From the NCBI GenBank assembly GCA_002269645.1, contig NIVC01000422.1, positions 310,001 through 374,000 of the forward strand: a DNA stretch of 64,000 nt. Reading direction: 5' to 3'. Shown one piece after another: positions 62,497-64,000 of this stretch (positions are counted from its first letter, which is position 1; every line of letters starts with the position of its first letter). This DNA is from Macrostomum lignano (taxonomy: Eukaryota). The notes under the pieces are model-generated. The model did no database searches. It was not told the origin of the DNA and was given only the letters and a program-made list of their open reading frames with translations. A program made the position numbers and the translations under genes.

Positions 62497-64000
62497 ATGG
62501 TTAGTGTTCTTTTTTTCTCTGTTTTTTCTTGTGTTCTAATAATAATTGTTTGATCAGTGTAACAAAATAAACTGAATTTCAGGCTGATTCAACCACTGTT
62601 GCGGCTACCACGGCCGCTCCGGCTTCTGTGGATCTGCTGTTGGAACCTTGGCTAGTTGTTGTCATCATAGTTATTATAGATTTTGTCATACAATGGATCT
62701 GCTTTCCAATTGCTTACGGATTGAAAACGGAGAAATTCTACGATATGGCCGGCTCGTTGACTCATCTGACTGTTGTGTGGGTGGCCTTTGGTCTTCTGGC
62801 CAGCTATAGGCATATAAGATGCATTGTGCAGAGCGTCTGCGTGTCCGTGTGGGCTGTGAGACTGGGTATTTTCCTGGTTTACAGGTAAGTTAGGGATTAG
62901 TTACTGTTATATTTGCCTTCCGGGAAATTTCTTGTTTAAGGTTTTCAGATCCTCAGGATTAGTCAATAGCCTCTCTCAGATCCTCAGATCCTCTCAGTGT
63001 CACTTTCTAGGCCAGCCTCCCAGATTTTCAGTTGCTGGGCCACCAGCCTCCCAGATCCTCAGTTGATGGGCCAGCCTCCCAGATCCTCAGTTGCTAGGCC
63101 AGCCTCCTAGATCCTCAGTTGCTGGGCCAGCCTCCCAGATCCTCAGTTGCTAGGCCAGCCTCCTAGATCCTCAGTTGCTGGGCCAGCCTCCCAGATCCTC
63201 AGTTGCTAGGCCAGCCTCCCAGATTTTCAGTTGCTGGGCCACCAGCCTCCCAGATCCTCAGTTGATGGGCCAGCCTCCCAGATCCTCAGTTGCTAGGCCA
63301 GCCTCCCAGATCCTCAGTTGCTGGGCCAGCCTCCCAGATCCTCAGTTGCTGGGCCAGCCTCCCAGATCCTCAGTTGCTGGGCCAGCCTCCCAGATCCTCA
63401 GTTGCTGGGCCAGCCTCCCAGATCCTCAGTTGCTGGGCTACCAGCCTTCCAGATCCTCAGTTGCTAGGCCAGTCTCCCAGATCCTCAGTTGCTAGGCCAG
63501 CCTCCCAGATCCTCATGTGCTGGGCCAGCCTCCCCAATCTTCATCCCAGCCACCCTCATCCCCGCCGCCAGGGCCGCCAAGTACGGCGACAAAAGATTCG
63601 AAGAGATTCGAAAAAGCTGCGTTCGGTTCTTCATCACGTGGACACTGCAGGCTGTGTGGGTTGGCTGCAACCTGGCACCCACTATCGCCAGCCTGACCGC
63701 ATCTGCCACCCTGGCAACTCCCGGCAGCTTGGAATGGCGCGACTATCTCGGCTGGAGTCTGTTCCTCATCGGCATACTCACGGAGACTGTGTCGGACATT
63801 CAAAAGTCCATATTCAAAGCCAAGCCGGAGAACAATGGCCGATTTATTCGGTCGGGACTGTGGTCGATTTCTCGACATCCGAACTATTTCGGAGAAATTC
63901 TACTATGGTGGGGCCTGGCTATCTCTGCATCGGCTGGTTTCCACTATTCTAACGAATGGTGGTTCTGGTTCACCTTTGTTGGCCCGCTGCTCAATACTCT
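62497..64000 (+). CDS. DUF1295 / steroid-5-alpha-reductase-like membrane protein, partial: ATG 62497-62499, 62583-62884, 63572 to window end
   Basis: EKFYDMAGS, WAVRLGIFL.R...DKRFEEIR, and GLWSISRHPNYFGEILLWWG in a frame not listed in the ORF track. Multiple hydrophobic helices. GT-AG introns in phases 0 and 2. Confidence 0.9.
63010..63535. repeat. 28-bp minisatellite (cctcagttgctgggccagcctcccagat) filling DUF1295 intron 2
   Basis: Period 28 (63301, 63329). Same family as ARFRP1 intron 3. Confidence 0.96.

Noticed and set aside
63290-63952. Listed 220-aa ORF as the DUF1295 exon
   Set aside because: Wrong frame. The conserved SRHPNYFGE motif lies in the frame entered through the acceptor at 63570-63571.

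Overview
Eukaryotic (animal) genomic DNA with spliced genes; no prokaryotic operons or CRISPR. The style (compact genes, minisatellite-filled introns, acceptor-like sites just before start codons) resembles free-living flatworm assemblies such as Macrostomum, but that is inference only. Host genes reconstructed by hand from GT-AG sites and reading phase: an FBXL2/20-type F-box/LRR gene (minus, 401-5413), SGTA (25260-29498), ARFRP1 (30812-32036), sphingosine kinase (32901-38083), a ~1220-aa ankyrin-repeat + Mab-21/cGAS-like nucleotidyltransferase (cGLR-type) gene (40779-49484), a 64-aa LYR-motif AltMIEF1-like gene (60579-62015) and a DUF1295 steroid-reductase-like gene running off the right end. 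The 20 kb between the divergent FBXL and SGTA starts is a transposon nest: a mariner fragment, CpG-erased DNA, a frameshifted piggyBac, a hAT-type MITE and a complete, very young 10.4-kb Ty3/Gypsy element. That element has apparently identical LTRs, an AACC TSD, a -1 frameshift signal, an extra non-env ORF3, a duplicated LTR-end/PBS motif and no recognisable PPT. A second TE cluster (50-57 kb) holds a Crypton-type tyrosine recombinase and an internally deleted THAP/P-element. Best leads: the ANK-cGLR receptor-like fusion, sharply bounded domains almost free of CpG, the Gypsy ORF3 and its unusual priming signals, and a piggyBac flanked by AGCT rather than TTAA.
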